Shown: in pieces, positions 7,496-17,241 of the stretch | How the letters are laid out: every line of letters begins with the position of its first letter | Position numbering within the stretch: the stretch's first letter is position 1 | Assembly (NCBI GenBank): GCA_965242525.1 | Contig: OZ251459.1 | Span: forward strand, 2,240,001-2,304,000 | Source of the DNA: an uncultured Candidatus Binatia bacterium | Lineage (GTDB): Bacteria; Desulfobacterota; Binatia; UBA9968; JAJDTQ01 | DNA length: 64,000 nt | Direction of reading: 5' to 3' | The notes under the pieces: model-generated | Databases searched by the model: none | Told to the model about the DNA's origin: nothing | The model's input: the letters and a program-made list of their open reading frames with translations, nothing else | Made by a program: the position numbers and the translations under genes

Positions 7496-9655
7496 CTAGC
7501 GCGCCGCAGGCGACGGCGCGCTCGGCCGCGCCCAACCCGCTTCCAGTTCCCGGCGGACGGCCCGGACCTGGTCCAGGAAGCGGTCGGTGACGGACTCGCC
7601 TTCCCGTCGGTTGCGGATGACCCGGGGGGTGATGAGGATGACGAGCTCGGTGCGCTCGGACCGTTCGAGGTCCGTGCGGAAGAGGGGGCCCAGGATCGGG
7701 AAGTCCATGAGCAAGGGGATGCCCAGGCGGGTCCGGCGGACGCTGTCGGTGATGATGCCGCCGATGACCAGGGTCTGGCCGTCCTGCAGCACCGCGGTGG
7801 TCTCCGCGTCCCGGACGTTGAAGGCGTTGAAGGACTGCCTCCCCACCGTCACCCTTTCGCCCACGTCGCTGACCTCCACCCGGACCTGAAGGTTCACGAG
7901 GCCCTCGGAGTTGACCTGCGGGACGATGGTCAGTATCCGTCCGACGTTCCGGAACCGGATGGTCGTGGTGGTGGCCTGCGCCTCCCGGGACACCACCGTC
8001 CCGGTGGCCACGGGCTGCTCGCTGCCCACCCGGATCCGCGCGGGACGGTTGTCCACCGCCAGCAGGTGGGGCGACGACAGCACCTTGACACGGGCGTCCT
8101 GCATCAGGGCGTTGACGAACACGCGAAAGTCACGCCCCGTCTCCACCACGGAAGTGAAGCCCGGGCCGACCAACTCGTCGAGGGGACGATCCCCTTCGGA
8201 GACAGGGGACCCGAACCCGCCTTGCGACAACGCGTACTCCACGCCGAACTCGAAGTCGTCGGTGAGCGTCACTTCGGCCACCAGCACTTCCATGAGCACC
8301 TGCCGCGGGATCTGGTCCAGCCTTTCGACCACCTCCTCCATGTGGAGGTACTCCCTCGGGGTCGCGAGGATCACCAGCGAGTTGGTGGTCGGCTCCGCCA
8401 CCACGCGGATGCCGTCCTCCCCGGCGTAGTCCCCGTCGGCGCCGCCCGCCTCGCCCTGGGATGGCGTGTCCCCGGGCGTATCGCTCCGCTCCCGGGTCGC
8501 CCCGTCCGGCAAATCCGGGAGCCCCGGCGCCTCGGCGCTCCCGGTGAACCACTCCGTGGAACTGCCAAACCACTCCGCGGAATGGCCAAAATGGCCAAGA
8601 TCCTGCAGGCCCAAGTCCCGGTCGGAGGGAAGCGACGGAACCGTCCCGGGACCGTCTCGGCCCGGCTCGGCTCCCGACGGGGACCGATTGGACCTCGACG
8701 AGGCCCGGCCGGACCCATAGACCTGTTCGAGGACCCGTGCGAGCTCGGTGGCCTTGCCGTTCTCCACCGGCCGGATGAAGATCTTCCGGCCCGGGGTCTC
8801 CCCGGCCACGTCGATGCGCTCGATCCAGTGCTTCACGTGGTTCCAGGCCGCTTCGCTGTAGGCGATGACCAGGAGCCGGTTGATGCGCGGCAGCGGGAGG
8901 AAGCGGGCCGCGAAATTTTCCTCCCGCTTTTCCTCCTGCGCTGCGGAAGCGGCCGACAGGCTCATGGCCGCGGCCATCTCCCGGGCCAGGATGCGGGCCG
9001 GGGCCGCTCTGGGCTTGTACAACTCCATCCGCGCGCCCGCGAACGCCCGGTGGTCGATGAGTGTCATGATCTCGGACAAACGTCGGATGTTCGACGGCAG
9101 GTCCGCGAGCACCAGGTAGTTCCCGCGCACGCCTTCGAGGACGGTCCCTCCTTCGCTCAGGAAGGGTTCCAGCAGCCGTTTCATGGAGGCCGCGGGGAAG
9201 AACCGCACGGGCAGGACGCGCATGGTGAAACCGCCCTCCCGGGCCGCGTCCGGACGAGCCAGCTCGGCGCCCCGGGAGACGCCGGTGATCCGGTAGAGGT
9301 TCCCCTGCCGGACGGCCATGGCGCCATGGATCCGCAGGACCTCGTGGAAGATGGGCAGGAGGTCGTCCTTCCTTACCGGCTGCCCGCTGAACAGGGTGAC
9401 CAAGCCGCCCACGTCCCGGTCGATGGTGTAGTTGAGCCGAAGGTGCCGGGCCAGCACGTGGATGACCTCCACCAGGTCGGCGTTGTCGAAGTTCAGGGTC
9501 ACCGTGCCCGGACCCTCGGGGGCCGGGACCCCGGCAGACGCCGGGGGCTCCCGGAGGGGCGGGGGCGCCGCGGTCTCCTGCCCCGGCGCCGGACCCGCGC
9601 ATACGAAGGCTGCGGCCATGAACCATGAAACAATCCACAGGGACTTGACGATCAT
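7496..9655 (-). CDS. gspD: Type II secretion secretin GspD (N0-N1-N2-N3-secretin); start approximate
   Basis: VTLNFDNADLVEVI; TNSLVILATP...LDQIPRQVLMEVLVAEV; KVLSSPHLLAVDNRPARIRVG; GIPLLMDFPILGPLF...TELVILITPRVI. Confidence 0.9.
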   Translation of the reverse strand: MIVKSLWIVSWFMAAAFVCAGPAPGQETAAPPPLREPPASAGVPAPEGPGTVTLNFDNADLVEVIHVLARHLRLNYTIDRDVGGLVTLFSGQPVRKDDLLPIFHEVLRIHGAMAVRQGNLYRITGVSRGAELARPDAAREGGFTMRVLPVRFFPAASMKRLLEPFLSEGGTVLEGVRGNYLVLADLPSNIRRLSEIMTLIDHRAFAGARMELYKPRAAPARILAREMAAAMSLSAASAAQEEKREENFAARFLPLPRINRLLVIAYSEAAWNHVKHWIERIDVAGETPGRKIFIRPVENGKATELARVLEQVYGSGRASSRSNRSPSGAEPGRDGPGTVPSLPSDRDLGLQDLGHFGHSAEWFGSSTEWFTGSAEAPGLPDLPDGATRERSDTPGDTPSQGEAGGADGDYAGEDGIRVVAEPTTNSLVILATPREYLHMEEVVERLDQIPRQVLMEVLVAEVTLTDDFEFGVEYALSQGGFGSPVSEGDRPLDELVGPGFTSVVETGRDFRVFVNALMQDARVKVLSSPHLLAVDNRPARIRVGSEQPVATGTVVSREAQATTTTIRFRNVGRILTIVPQVNSEGLVNLQVRVEVSDVGERVTVGRQSFNAFNVRDAETTAVLQDGQTLVIGGIITDSVRRTRLGIPLLMDFPILGPLFRTDLERSERTELVILITPRVIRNRREGESVTDRFLDQVRAVRRELEAGWARPSAPSPAAR

Positions 9656-9739
9656 CTCCCCATGATATGCAAAAAGCGGGCCGCGAGCCGCCGGGGGATG
9701 CATATGCACCAGGGAAACCCTGAACGACCCCCGGAGGGA

Positions 9740-9787
9740 GAGCGCGTCCTTCGACTTCGCTTCGCTACGCTCAGGACGAACGGGGAT
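9740..9787 (+). repeat. 48-bp dispersed REP-like element (same family as the 62.6-kb cluster)
   Basis: gagcgcgtccttcgacttcgcttcgctacgctcaggacgaacggggat; reverse complement at 62646-62693 with 2 mismatches. Confidence 0.85.
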
Positions 9788-9837
9788 AGTAGGATCAGGG
9801 TGAGGGAACCCGGCCTGGATGTCTCGATTGTTCGGAG

Positions 9838-9996
9838 GTTCCTTCGCGCATATGGAGGGTCAGGGTCAGCATCTCGTTCGCCCCATGCTCATGTGCGGAT
9901 GGGACGGTTGCGGGGCCTGATGGTGGTTACTACGGGGCAGCATCTCGTTCGCCCCCATGCTCATGTGCAGTTCCTTCGCGCATATGGAGGGTCAGG
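9838..9996. repeat. Two direct repeats in A-B-x-B-A order
   Basis: A gttccttcgcgcatatggagggtcagg at 9838 and 9970; B cagcatctcgttcgcccc(c)atgctcatgtgc at 9867 and 9938. Confidence 0.85.
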
Positions 9997-12331
9997 AGCC
10001 CAGGCCGAGGAGGTTGAACTTGAGGGAGACCGTCGTGCGGTCCGGGTTGCTCTTCCGGTCCACGAACAGGGCCAGGGTCCAGCACTCGCACTGGGAGAGG
10101 TACTTGACGCCCCCCCGGTTGCTGGCGAACCGGGAGGCGGCGCCGTCATAGGCGCCGTCGTAGCGCAACAGGATGTGGTCCGTCATGCGCCACAGGGCGC
10201 TGACGCGCACGCCGTTCAGGGAGTCCCGCTGTTCGCACCGGGGGTCCCCGGGGCAGTCCGCGAGCAGGTCCAGGTTGGCGTGCTCCCCGAGGGGGGAGAG
10301 CGGGTTCGCCCGGACGTAGCGGTACGCGAGCGACAGGCTGGCCGGACGCCGGAAGTCCGCATCCGCGGCCTTCGCCTCCGGGGGCGCCGCACCGTGCAGC
10401 GAGAACCCCACGGACGCCTGCCGAAGGTTCCCTGTGTCCGGGTCCATGCCCAGGCCGGCCGTCAGGTCGAGGTTGTCCGCGGGGCGGAAGCCGAGCCCCA
10501 CGTCCACGTCGGACAGGCCGTCCCGCCCTCCCCGGTCCAGGTCGAGGCTCGCTCCCAGGCTCGCCCGGGCCAACGGCCCCGGGGCGCCGCCATCCTCCCG
10601 ACGGCCGGCGTTGTCGCCCCCTGGATCCCGCAAACCGCCCTCGCCGCTCCGTACCCAGAAACGGTTGTCCAACGAGAACTCCAGCAGGTTGCGGCGGTTG
10701 ATCCTGTCCACGCGGTCCCATACGGGGATGCCGCTCTGGTCCGTGGAGGGGGTGAACAGGTAGCCCACCGCAGGCTCCACCACGTGCCGGATGCGGCGCG
10801 CCCCGCCGTAGTCGCGGCTCAGGGAGGTGGCCAGCCGCCCCCGCACCTCCACCAGCTCCCGGGAGCCGGTGCGGGCGAACTTTCCCGTGTAGTCGTTGCG
10901 CGAAGCGTCGTACTTGCCGTCCACGGAGTCCAGCCGATACACGGTCTCGCGCAAGGCCACGCCGGCCAGGAGCCGGAAGTGGCGGCCCAAGGTGACCGGC
11001 CACGTGAGCTCGGGCCGAAGGTCCAGCCTCAGGCCGTCCGCCCCCTGCTCCCGCACGTAGTGGGTCAGGTCCACGTCCCAGCCCAGGTCCAGGCGCTCCC
11101 CCAGGGCGCGGACGCCGTGGAAGGAGAGGCGCGGGACCCGATGGAGCGCATGCTTCTGCGGCTGCACCAAGTCCTGCTGGTACTCCAGCTCTCCTTCGAG
11201 GGTCATCCCGGACCCGCTCCGGTAGAAGCCCAACCGGGACGCGCTGTAGCGGCTCGTGCGGACCGGCCGCGTCTCCGGGGCCGCCGAGCCGGAAGAATCC
11301 GTCAACTCCCGGGCCGCCAGGCTGTCGCTGTACAGCGCCACGTCGCTGTAGGTGGCCCACGCGGCGCCGCTCCGGTGGGTCAGCGACACGCGCCAGCGGT
11401 CCGCGGGAACCGCGGGGTCCGCGATGTCCCCGTGCTCCGCCGGCCCGGCCCCGCGACTGCGTCCATGCCTGCGCTCGTCGAAGTAGGCGACCTCCAAGCT
11501 GCCGTCCGTCGAGCGGTCGAGGACCGTGCGGTACTGCCCGGCGACGCCGATCCGGGCCTTGGACTCCACCGCGAGGTTGACGGTCACGTCGTTGCTCGCG
11601 TCCGGGGCCCAGAAGAAGGGCTGCCGATAGAGCAGGCCATCCCGGTCGGACCAGCCCAGGGAAGGAAAGAGCAGCCCGGTGGTGCGTTCCGTACGGTGGG
11701 GGAAGTATGCGTAAGGCAGGTACAGCACCGGGACGTCATGGACGTAGAAGGTGACGTCCTCGCCCGTAGCTTCCCGGTTCTCGCGCAGCCGGACCTTCCG
11801 GGCGCCGATGCGCCAAGGGGGCGGCCCCTGCTCGCAGAGGCAGGTGGTGAAGGAGCCGTCTTCCACCTCGTAGGTCTGTCCGGCGAACTTCTCCAGGCGG
11901 CTTCCGCGGACGCTCAGGTTCCTTTCCTCGAGGAAGACATCGGGGTCCAGGACCGTGCCGGTCTCGTCCTCCACCTCCAGCTCCAACTCCGACGCTCGCA
12001 GCCGGTAACGCGGCGCACGGACGAAGACCGCCCCCCGGGCTTGCAACTTGCCCGCGGCCCGGTCGAGAGCCACCGAATCCGCGCCGAACACGGTCCGCCC
12101 CCGCCGGACCTCCACGTTGCCCCTGGCCCGGACGGTGTTGCCCTTGTCGCCGACCTCCAGGCTCTCGTCCGCGGTGACTTCGATGGGCTCCCCGGCCTCC
12201 TCTCCGCCGGACCGGACCTGGGCTACGGCAACGGGCGCAAGATGGCACCAGATGGCGAGCGCGCAGACGAGGGTCGAGACCCGGCGCAAGCCGGGCGCGG
12301 CCGGCGCGGGTCGGTGGTCAACGGTGGCCAT
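9992..12331 (-). CDS. lptD: LPS-assembly protein LptD
   Basis: PIEVTAD...ARGNVEV OstA domain; FTTCLC...PWRIGA; PVLYLPY...RTTGLLFP; RHVVEPAVGY; C-terminal SQCECW. Confidence 0.9.
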   Translation of the reverse strand: MATVDHRPAPAAPGLRRVSTLVCALAIWCHLAPVAVAQVRSGGEEAGEPIEVTADESLEVGDKGNTVRARGNVEVRRGRTVFGADSVALDRAAGKLQARGAVFVRAPRYRLRASELELEVEDETGTVLDPDVFLEERNLSVRGSRLEKFAGQTYEVEDGSFTTCLCEQGPPPWRIGARKVRLRENREATGEDVTFYVHDVPVLYLPYAYFPHRTERTTGLLFPSLGWSDRDGLLYRQPFFWAPDASNDVTVNLAVESKARIGVAGQYRTVLDRSTDGSLEVAYFDERRHGRSRGAGPAEHGDIADPAVPADRWRVSLTHRSGAAWATYSDVALYSDSLAARELTDSSGSAAPETRPVRTSRYSASRLGFYRSGSGMTLEGELEYQQDLVQPQKHALHRVPRLSFHGVRALGERLDLGWDVDLTHYVREQGADGLRLDLRPELTWPVTLGRHFRLLAGVALRETVYRLDSVDGKYDASRNDYTGKFARTGSRELVEVRGRLATSLSRDYGGARRIRHVVEPAVGYLFTPSTDQSGIPVWDRVDRINRRNLLEFSLDNRFWVRSGEGGLRDPGGDNAGRREDGGAPGPLARASLGASLDLDRGGRDGLSDVDVGLGFRPADNLDLTAGLGMDPDTGNLRQASVGFSLHGAAPPEAKAADADFRRPASLSLAYRYVRANPLSPLGEHANLDLLADCPGDPRCEQRDSLNGVRVSALWRMTDHILLRYDGAYDGAASRFASNRGGVKYLSQCECWTLALFVDRKSNPDRTTVSLKFNLLGLGS

Positions 12332-13613
12332 GCGGTCGCGCCGACAGTTGGAGGGCCTTGGCGCGGACTGCGCCGACGAGATGGAGGGACCCTGCCACCA
12401 GGATGGGGGCGTCCCGCCGGGACCGGTCCGCGGCGAGCCTGGAAAGCGCCGCTGCCGGGTCTTCCGCTGTTGTGGCCGGAACCCCCGGAGGCAGGGCCGC
12501 GGCAAGGGATTCCGGGGCCGCGCCCCGTTCGGACGGCGCCCGGGTCAACACCGCCTCCTCGCACACGCAGCCCAGGGCGGCGAGCATGGAGCGCCAGTCC
12601 TTGTCGGCCATGCTGCCGAAGAGCAACCGGACCTTCTTCGGGCCGAGGAGGCTCCGGACCTCGCGGCAGAGGACCTCCACGCCGCCGCGGTTGTGGGCGC
12701 CGTCCAGGATGACGAGCGGGGGTCCCGGAAGGACCTCGAACCGTCCCGGCCACGCCGCGGACCCGAGGCCGGCGCGCACCGACCTCTCGGTCACGGGCAG
12801 GACCGTGCGCAGGCGCTCCAGCGACGCCAGCGCGACCCCGGCGTTGTGCCTCTGGTACTCGCCGCGAAGGCCCAGGTCCAGGCCATCCAGACGCCAGTCC
12901 CGACCGCGGTAGTCCAGCCGCCCGCGCCCGTCCGGGGCCGCCGAGTAGTCCCTGTCCCACTCGTCCACCGGGACCCCGCGGGAGCGCGCGATGCCGCGTA
13001 TGACGCGCCTGGCCGCGGGCGCCAGGGCGCCGCACACCAGCGAGGCGCCGGGCTTGACGATGCCGCCCTTCTCCCGGGCGATGGAGGCGATGCGGCTTCC
13101 GAGGAAACGCTCGTGGTCCCGGGAGATGGTAGTGATGGCGCAGACGTTCGGACGGACCACGTTGGTGGCGTCGAGCCTCCCCCCGAGCCCCACCTCCACC
13201 ACCGCGGCCTCCGCCCCTTCCCGGGCGAAGTGCAGGAAGGCCATGACCGTGGCGAACTCGAAGAACGTGAGGCCCAGGGACGCCCGCCCGGTGCGCTCGG
13301 AGATTTCCGCCACCAGGGCCGCCACCGCGGCCCGGGCGATCGGCCGTCTGCCCACCCGGATGCGCTCGGTGAAAGCCGCTAGGTGCGGCGAGGTGTAGAG
13401 TCCCGCGCGATAGCGCTGGGCGCACAGCACCGAATGGATCATCGCGGCGGTGGAGCCTTTGCCGTTGGTCCCCGCCACGTGGCAGACCCGGAACCGGTGA
13501 TGGGGGTTGCCGAACAACGACAACGCCCGGGACACGCGCTCGAGCCCCAGGTCGATCTCGGCCCCGCGAAGGTTGTAGAGGAAGTCGAGACTCTTCTGGT
13601 AGGAACTCGCCAC
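12318..13613 (-). CDS. folC: Folylpolyglutamate synthase/dihydrofolate synthase
   Basis: HVAGTNGKGST, YTSPHL, EVGLGGRLDATNV, WPGRFE, ILDGAHN. Confidence 0.97.
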   Translation of the reverse strand: MASSYQKSLDFLYNLRGAEIDLGLERVSRALSLFGNPHHRFRVCHVAGTNGKGSTAAMIHSVLCAQRYRAGLYTSPHLAAFTERIRVGRRPIARAAVAALVAEISERTGRASLGLTFFEFATVMAFLHFAREGAEAAVVEVGLGGRLDATNVVRPNVCAITTISRDHERFLGSRIASIAREKGGIVKPGASLVCGALAPAARRVIRGIARSRGVPVDEWDRDYSAAPDGRGRLDYRGRDWRLDGLDLGLRGEYQRHNAGVALASLERLRTVLPVTERSVRAGLGSAAWPGRFEVLPGPPLVILDGAHNRGGVEVLCREVRSLLGPKKVRLLFGSMADKDWRSMLAALGCVCEEAVLTRAPSERGAAPESLAAALPPGVPATTAEDPAAALSRLAADRSRRDAPILVAGSLHLVGAVRAKALQLSARPHGHR

Positions 13614-13634
13614 GTCCCGGAGCCGCGCGGCCGG

Positions 13635-14258
13635 TCATGCCGCCTTCGCTGCCGCGATGAAGTCCTTCATCCGCGGGTGGTCCTTGCGCCCCGGCTCGGC
13701 TTCCACCCCGGTGCACACGTCCACCCCGAAAGGCCCGGTCTCGCGCACCGCTTGGCCCACGTTGTCCGCGTCGAGTCCTCCGGCGAGGATCACGGGACGC
13801 GCCAGGGGGACCGTCAGCCACGACCAGGCGAAGGCGGACCCGGAGCCCCCGAGCCCCCGGCTCCAGGAGTCCAGCAGGTAGTAGTCCACCGGGTACTCCC
13901 CGATCCCCCGGATCATGTCCGGGCCGGTGACCCGGAACGCCTTGATGACCTTGAGGGGCCAGCGGGCGCAGTAGGCCCGCTCCTCGTCGCCGTGGAACTG
14001 CACCGCGGTGAGGCCCGGGCTTCCCCCGGACCGGCACGACCGGAGCACCGACTCCACGTGCGGCCGGGACTCGTTGGCGAACACCCCCGCAGTGCAGGTC
14101 CCGGGGGGCAATTCCCGAAGGATGCGCGCTGCGTCCTCGGGCGGGAGGTAGCGCGGGCTCGGCGGATAGAAGTTGAACCCGAGGGCGTCGGCGCCGTACT
14201 CCAGCGCCCGCAACGCGTCGTCGGCGTTGGTGACGCCGCAGATCTTAACCTTGACCAT
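13635..14258 (-). CDS. trpF: Phosphoribosylanthranilate isomerase
   Basis: VKICGVT, VQFHGDE, ILAGGL, GVDVCTGVE. Confidence 0.97.
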   Translation of the reverse strand: MVKVKICGVTNADDALRALEYGADALGFNFYPPSPRYLPPEDAARILRELPPGTCTAGVFANESRPHVESVLRSCRSGGSPGLTAVQFHGDEERAYCARWPLKVIKAFRVTGPDMIRGIGEYPVDYYLLDSWSRGLGGSGSAFAWSWLTVPLARPVILAGGLDADNVGQAVRETGPFGVDVCTGVEAEPGRKDHPRMKDFIAAAKAA

Positions 14259-15081
14259 GGCGTCGGGCCGCGGCGTCCGCCCCGAGGAGCTCGGCGAGCT
14301 TGGCGCCGGGGTCTTCCGCGCGCATGAGGGTCTCGCCCACCAGGAAGACCCGGGCGCCGGAAGCCTCCAGCCGCTCCACCTGCTCCACGTCCCCGATGCC
14401 GCTCTCGCACACCGCCAGCACGTGCGGCGGGACCCGGGGCAGGAGGGATTCGGCCACCCCCAGGTCCACCCGGAAGGTCCGCAGGTCCCGGTTGTTGATC
14501 CCGATGAGGGACGCGCCGATGCCGAGGGCCGCCTCCAGCTCGGACTCCGAGTGCACCTCCACCAGCACGTCCAGGGAACGGGACCGGGCCTCCGCGTGGA
14601 GTTCCTCCAACGCGCCCCCGTCCAGCATGGCGGCGATCAGGAGCACCGCGTCCGCGCCGAAGCTGCGGGCTTCCACGATCTGGTACGGGTCCAGCACGAA
14701 GTCCTTCCGCAGCACCGGCAGGGAGACCCTGGAGGCGATTTCGGACAGGTAGCGCAGGGAGCCGCTGAAGAACCGCTCCTCGGTGACCACCGAGAGGGCG
14801 GCGGCGCCGTTGGCTTCGTAATCCGACGCAATGGCCACCGGGTCGAAGTCCGGGCGGATCATCCCCTGGGACGGCGACGCGCGTTTCACCTCGGCGATGA
14901 CGCGCCTTCCGGGCCGGGACAGGGACTCCAGGAACCCACGGGGGCCCCGCTGGTACAGCCGGGTGTGGACCAGCGACTTGGCCGGGGTCTCCTCCCGGCG
15001 GAAGGCCACCTGCGCGCGCACATGGGCCACGATCCGCTCCAGGAAGTCGTTCTTCGTCGGCGGCTCGTTCTCAGGCGTCAT
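14245..15081 (-). CDS. trpC: Indole-3-glycerol phosphate synthase
   Basis: IAEVKRASPSQG, LRKDF, GADAVLLI, GINNRDL, ESGI. Confidence 0.97.
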   Translation of the reverse strand: MTPENEPPTKNDFLERIVAHVRAQVAFRREETPAKSLVHTRLYQRGPRGFLESLSRPGRRVIAEVKRASPSQGMIRPDFDPVAIASDYEANGAAALSVVTEERFFSGSLRYLSEIASRVSLPVLRKDFVLDPYQIVEARSFGADAVLLIAAMLDGGALEELHAEARSRSLDVLVEVHSESELEAALGIGASLIGINNRDLRTFRVDLGVAESLLPRVPPHVLAVCESGIGDVEQVERLEASGARVFLVGETLMRAEDPGAKLAELLGADAAARRHGQG

Positions 15082-15123
15082 CCGCGATCCTCGCGAAGGG
15101 TTCGGGCCGGGGCCACGGTCAGG

Positions 15124-16140
15124 TCACGCCTCGTTGGTGAGCCGCACCAGATGTTCGAGCTTGCCCAGGGCGGCGCCCGAATCGATGCGCTCCCGGGCCA
15201 GGTCGATGCCCTCGGCCACGGTGGCCGTCCGTTCGCTGACGCAAAGGGCGGCGCCGCTGTTGAGCAGCACCACGTCCCGGGCAGGTCCCCGCCCTCCCCG
15301 GAGGACGTCCGTCACGATGGCCGCGCATTCCGTCGGGTCCCTTGCGGTCAACCGTTCCGCGGGGCAAGCCTCGAAGCCGAACTCCTCGGGGGTGAGCGTG
15401 TAGCGGACCACCGCGCCGTCCTTCCACTCGGCCACCGCGGTGGGCCCGCCCAGGGAGATCTCGTCCAGGCCCTCGTCGCCGTGGACCACCATGGCCCGCT
15501 CGCTGCCGAGGTTGCCCAGGACCCGGGCCACGGTCTCCAGCAGCGCGCCGTCGTAGATGCCCATGAGCTGGCGGCCGGCCCGGGCCGGGTTGGTCAACGG
15601 ACCCAGGAGGTTGAAGATGGTGCGGATGCCCACCTCCCGGCGCGGGGCCGCGGCATACTTCATGGCCTCGTGCAGCAGCGGCGCGAACAGGAAGCCGAGG
15701 CCCGCCTCGCCCAGGCACCGCTCCACGGTCTCCCTGGAGGCGTCGATCTTCACCCCGAGGGCGTCCAGCACGTCGGCGCTGCCCGAGCCGCTGGAGACCG
15801 CCCGGTTCCCGTGCTTGGCCACGGTGACGCCCGCGGCGGCCACCACGAACGCCACCGTGGTGGAGATGTTGAAGGTGTTCTTGCCGTCGCCGCCGGTGCC
15901 GCAGGTATCGAGGACGCGGCCCTCCCCCGCGTCCACGCGCCGGGCCTTCTCCCGCATGACCCGGGCCGCGCCGGTGATCTCCTCCACCGTCTCGCCCTGG
16001 ATGCGCAACGCGGTGAGGAACGCCCCCACCTGGATGGGCGTGGCCTCCCCGGTCATCACCTGGCCCATGACCTCGACCATCTCCGGCTCGGAGAGGTCCG
16101 CGCCGCCCACCAGTCGGGCAATGGCCTGCTGGACGTTCAT
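15124..16140 (-). CDS. trpD: Anthranilate phosphoribosyltransferase
   Basis: DTCGTGGDGKNTFNIST, KHGNRAVSSGSGSAD, RTIFNLLGPLTNP. Confidence 0.97.
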   Translation of the reverse strand: MNVQQAIARLVGGADLSEPEMVEVMGQVMTGEATPIQVGAFLTALRIQGETVEEITGAARVMREKARRVDAGEGRVLDTCGTGGDGKNTFNISTTVAFVVAAAGVTVAKHGNRAVSSGSGSADVLDALGVKIDASRETVERCLGEAGLGFLFAPLLHEAMKYAAAPRREVGIRTIFNLLGPLTNPARAGRQLMGIYDGALLETVARVLGNLGSERAMVVHGDEGLDEISLGGPTAVAEWKDGAVVRYTLTPEEFGFEACPAERLTARDPTECAAIVTDVLRGGRGPARDVVLLNSGAALCVSERTATVAEGIDLARERIDSGAALGKLEHLVRLTNEA

Positions 16141-16706
16141 CGGCTCCTCGTGATCTCCGCGTTCTTGAAGTTCGCCGCCTTGAGCCGTTCCAGGTCGCCC
16201 ATGGCGTCCTGGCGGCTTCCGTACCTTCCCACCCGCACCCGGTAGAACGTCCTGTCGTTGAGCTGCACAGACACCATGTAGGCGCCGTAGCCCTGCCGCC
16301 TGAGCTTCGCCACCATGTCGTCCGCGGTGGAGCGGCTCCGGGACGCGAACACCTGCACCGTCCACGGCGCCGGGTCGCCTTCGGTCCGGCCCTGGGCCGA
16401 AGGTTTGGGGTCACGGGAGGGTTTGGGGTCCGGGGAAAGCTCGGTGGCCGGGGGAGGCTTGGGCGTGGTCAGGGTCTCGTAGAAGGTCATGTCCTGCTCG
16501 TCCTTGGGGGCGCCGGACTCCACCGGGACCCGGACCGCCTGTCCCTCGGTCCGCAGGAGCTTTCGCTCCTCGATGCTCTGCCCGATGAGGATGCCGAGGA
16601 AGAAGACCACCACGAACCCGGCGGCGAACAGGGACGAGACGGTGATGAGTTGGGGACGGTTGAAATAGACCAGACCGTCTTCCGTCGCCTTTCGATGATC
16701 GGCCAT
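16137..16706 (-). CDS. SPOR-domain membrane-anchored protein
   Basis: N-terminal TM helix, MTFYETL, Pro linker, WTVQVFAS...YRVRVGRY. Confidence 0.85.
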   Translation of the reverse strand: MADHRKATEDGLVYFNRPQLITVSSLFAAGFVVVFFLGILIGQSIEERKLLRTEGQAVRVPVESGAPKDEQDMTFYETLTTPKPPPATELSPDPKPSRDPKPSAQGRTEGDPAPWTVQVFASRSRSTADDMVAKLRRQGYGAYMVSVQLNDRTFYRVRVGRYGSRQDAMGDLERLKAANFKNAEITRSR

Positions 16707-16800
16707 AGCTACCAGTGAACCGCGGGTTTCGGCTCGCGGCCCGTTCCGCGAGCGGGCAGAGGGGTCCGGGCGGGGCCCGCACCGACGACGGCTGCCTCCC

Positions 16801-17238
16801 TCAGGCCTGGCCGGCCGGGGGCGGGGCGCCGGCCCCCTCGCCGCTTCCGGCCTCGCCGCCTGCCGCGGCCCCGGCCTCCGTCCCTGCCGGCATCAGCTCG
16901 ATGACCGAGAGCGGCGCCGCATCGCCTCGGCGGCGCCCGACCTTCACGACCCGGGTGTAACCGCCGCTGCGGTCCCGGAAGCGCGGCCCGAGCTCGCCGA
17001 ACAGGCGCGCCACCACCGCCTTGTCCTGGACGAAGGCCAGGGCGCGGCGCCGGGCGTGGAGGCTGCCGTCCTTGCCGAGGGTGATGAGCCAGTCCGCCCA
17101 ACCCCGCAGTTCCTTGGCCTTGGCGTCGGTGGTGGTGATGCGGTCGTGGCGCAGCAGCGACGTGGCCATGTTGCGCAACAACGCCAGCCGGTGGCTGGGA
17201 CTGCGGTTCAGCTTCCTGCCTTTCTTCAAGTGCCGCAT
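16801..17238 (-). CDS. rplQ: 50S ribosomal protein L17
   Basis: MRHLKKGRKLNRSPSHR...RSGGYTR. Confidence 0.98.
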   Translation of the reverse strand: MRHLKKGRKLNRSPSHRLALLRNMATSLLRHDRITTTDAKAKELRGWADWLITLGKDGSLHARRRALAFVQDKAVVARLFGELGPRFRDRSGGYTRVVKVGRRRGDAAPLSVIELMPAGTEAGAAAGGEAGSGEGAGAPPPAGQA

Positions 17239-17241
17239 GGA

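Noticed and set aside
7320-7535. 71-aa ORF with VIPAKALL/VIPAKAGIQ repeats
   Set aside because: It is the translation of the palindromic DNA repeat, not evidence of a gene.
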